The notes under the pieces: model-generated
What the model was told of the DNA's origin: nothing
The model's database searches: none
The model's input: the letters and a program-made list of their open reading frames with translations, nothing else
Position numbers and translations under genes: made by a program
Shown here: positions 63,041 through 64,000 of the stretch, in pieces
Layout of the letters: each line of letters opens with the position of its first letter
Numbering within the stretch: the first letter of the stretch is position 1
NCBI GenBank assembly: GCA_963797095.1
Contig: CAWCNY010000001.1
Location: 480,001 to 544,000 of the forward strand
Length of the DNA stretch: 64,000 bases
From: an uncultured Chloroflexia bacterium
GTDB lineage: Bacteria > Chloroflexota > Chloroflexia > QHBQ01 > JADMIH01
Direction: 5' to 3'

Positions 63041-64000
63041 ACATCTTCCCAGTTGCCAAAGGCTTCAGCCATGCTGCCGAATCCTGGCAACTCAGTATCG
63101 ACAACGGTTACGACTTCCGCGTCGACGTTTCCACCTACCTTCGGCCCCCTGGTCGCTCGACCCACCATTTGACTATAAAGCACTAACGACTTCGTGGGTC
63201 GTGCTATGAGGGCCGCGCTTGTTTTAGGTGCATTAAAACCTGTGGTCAGCACGCCATAGTTGCAGATAATTCTAGGGTCATCGCCTTCCCCTTTGTAGCG
63301 CGCGAGCAGGCGACTTCTCTCAAGGGATGACGTGGTTCCTGTCACAGCGGCTGCATCGTGCCCACGCGCGCTAAGTACAGCTGCCAGTAAATGTGAGTGC
63401 TCCACTGACGCCGCAAAGATCAGCACCCGTTTATGCCTCCTGATAAGTTTCTCCACCTCCACTATGATCGCGAGATTGCGCTGATCGTCCTCAGCAAGCC
63501 GCTTTAGTATTCTTTCTGGGATATCTAGCTCCTGCCCTATCTCCTTCATGTCTGCGGAGCTCAAGCCTAAGCCGCTACCACTTGGCAGTGTTCGGTAATT
63601 GACACGGGCTAAGTAGCCCTCGGCCACGAGGTACGCAATAGGATTGGTGTAACCCTCAATCCTGAGTCCGACTTTGTGCCGACCAAAGTAGTCGGACAAC
63701 TCTGCGTCAGCACTAGGATCATTCCAGGTCCGGCCCGGTGTGGCGGTAAGCCCTAATAGGCCTGCCGCCCGACCTTGTGTCACCAGCATATCAAGCACTA
63801 ATCGGTAAGCTGGAGCAATTGCCTGATGAGCCTCGTCGATAATGACTAGCGTACATCGGCCTGCTAGCGTTCCCAATAGGGACGATCCTTGGCGACCTGC
63901 AATGAACAGCTTCGCAAGCCCAGCAATGACGATGCCATCCGATGCTCGTTCAAGCTCCAATGAATGGGGACCCCAGAATCGGTTTACATTGACTTCACGA
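63025..64000 (-). CDS. SF2 DEAH helicase, C-terminal part (runs off window edge)
   Basis: IDEAH, GLTATP, VLTTGFNAP, QMVGRATR. Confidence 0.92.
   Translation of the reverse strand, partial: REVNVNRFWGPHSLELERASDGIVIAGLAKLFIAGRQGSSLLGTLAGRCTLVIIDEAHQAIAPAYRLVLDMLVTQGRAAGLLGLTATPGRTWNDPSADAELSDYFGRHKVGLRIEGYTNPIAYLVAEGYLARVNYRTLPSGSGLGLSSADMKEIGQELDIPERILKRLAEDDQRNLAIIVEVEKLIRRHKRVLIFAASVEHSHLLAAVLSARGHDAAAVTGTTSSLERSRLLARYKGEGDDPRIICNYGVLTTGFNAPKTSAALIARPTKSLVLYSQMVGRATRGPKVGGNVDAEVVTVVDTELPGFGSMAEAFGNWEDVWREE

Overview
About 64 kb of a bacterial genome, probably Chloroflexota (inferred from the Cys-containing SLH repeats and the IS families). Mobile DNA dominates: ISL3, two IS110, IS3, two rve-type IS, an IS701-like element, two IS630, three ISKra4 pieces, a Tn3-family transposon with a nested IS66, nested group II introns and two tyrosine-recombinase passenger modules. 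Between these lie host genes (ABC binding proteins, SDR, sodA, class V aminotransferase, LivG-like ATPase, SLH beta-propeller protein, sbcDC) and a defence-like end (McrBC-like pair; helicase-GHKL ATPase-PLD operon). Main observations: (1) an IS110 whose upstream non-coding region reads as a bridge RNA, with two 7-nt guides that exactly match its reconstructed insertion site in one arm of a MITE-like inverted repeat, and an empty copy of the target about 170 bp away; (2) a candidate peptide/protease/cAMP signalling locus (Crp, small protein, GAF, cytoplasmic S8 protease, cyclase-STAND-TPR); (3) pervasive short tandem duplications in mobile-element genes; (4) a group II intron inserted at the YADD|F motif of another intron's RT; (5) a dif-like site with accessory repeats before a tyrosine recombinase; (6) an orphan Rhs C-terminus beside a WD40 lipoprotein. 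All calls come from reading motifs by eye; no database searches were run.
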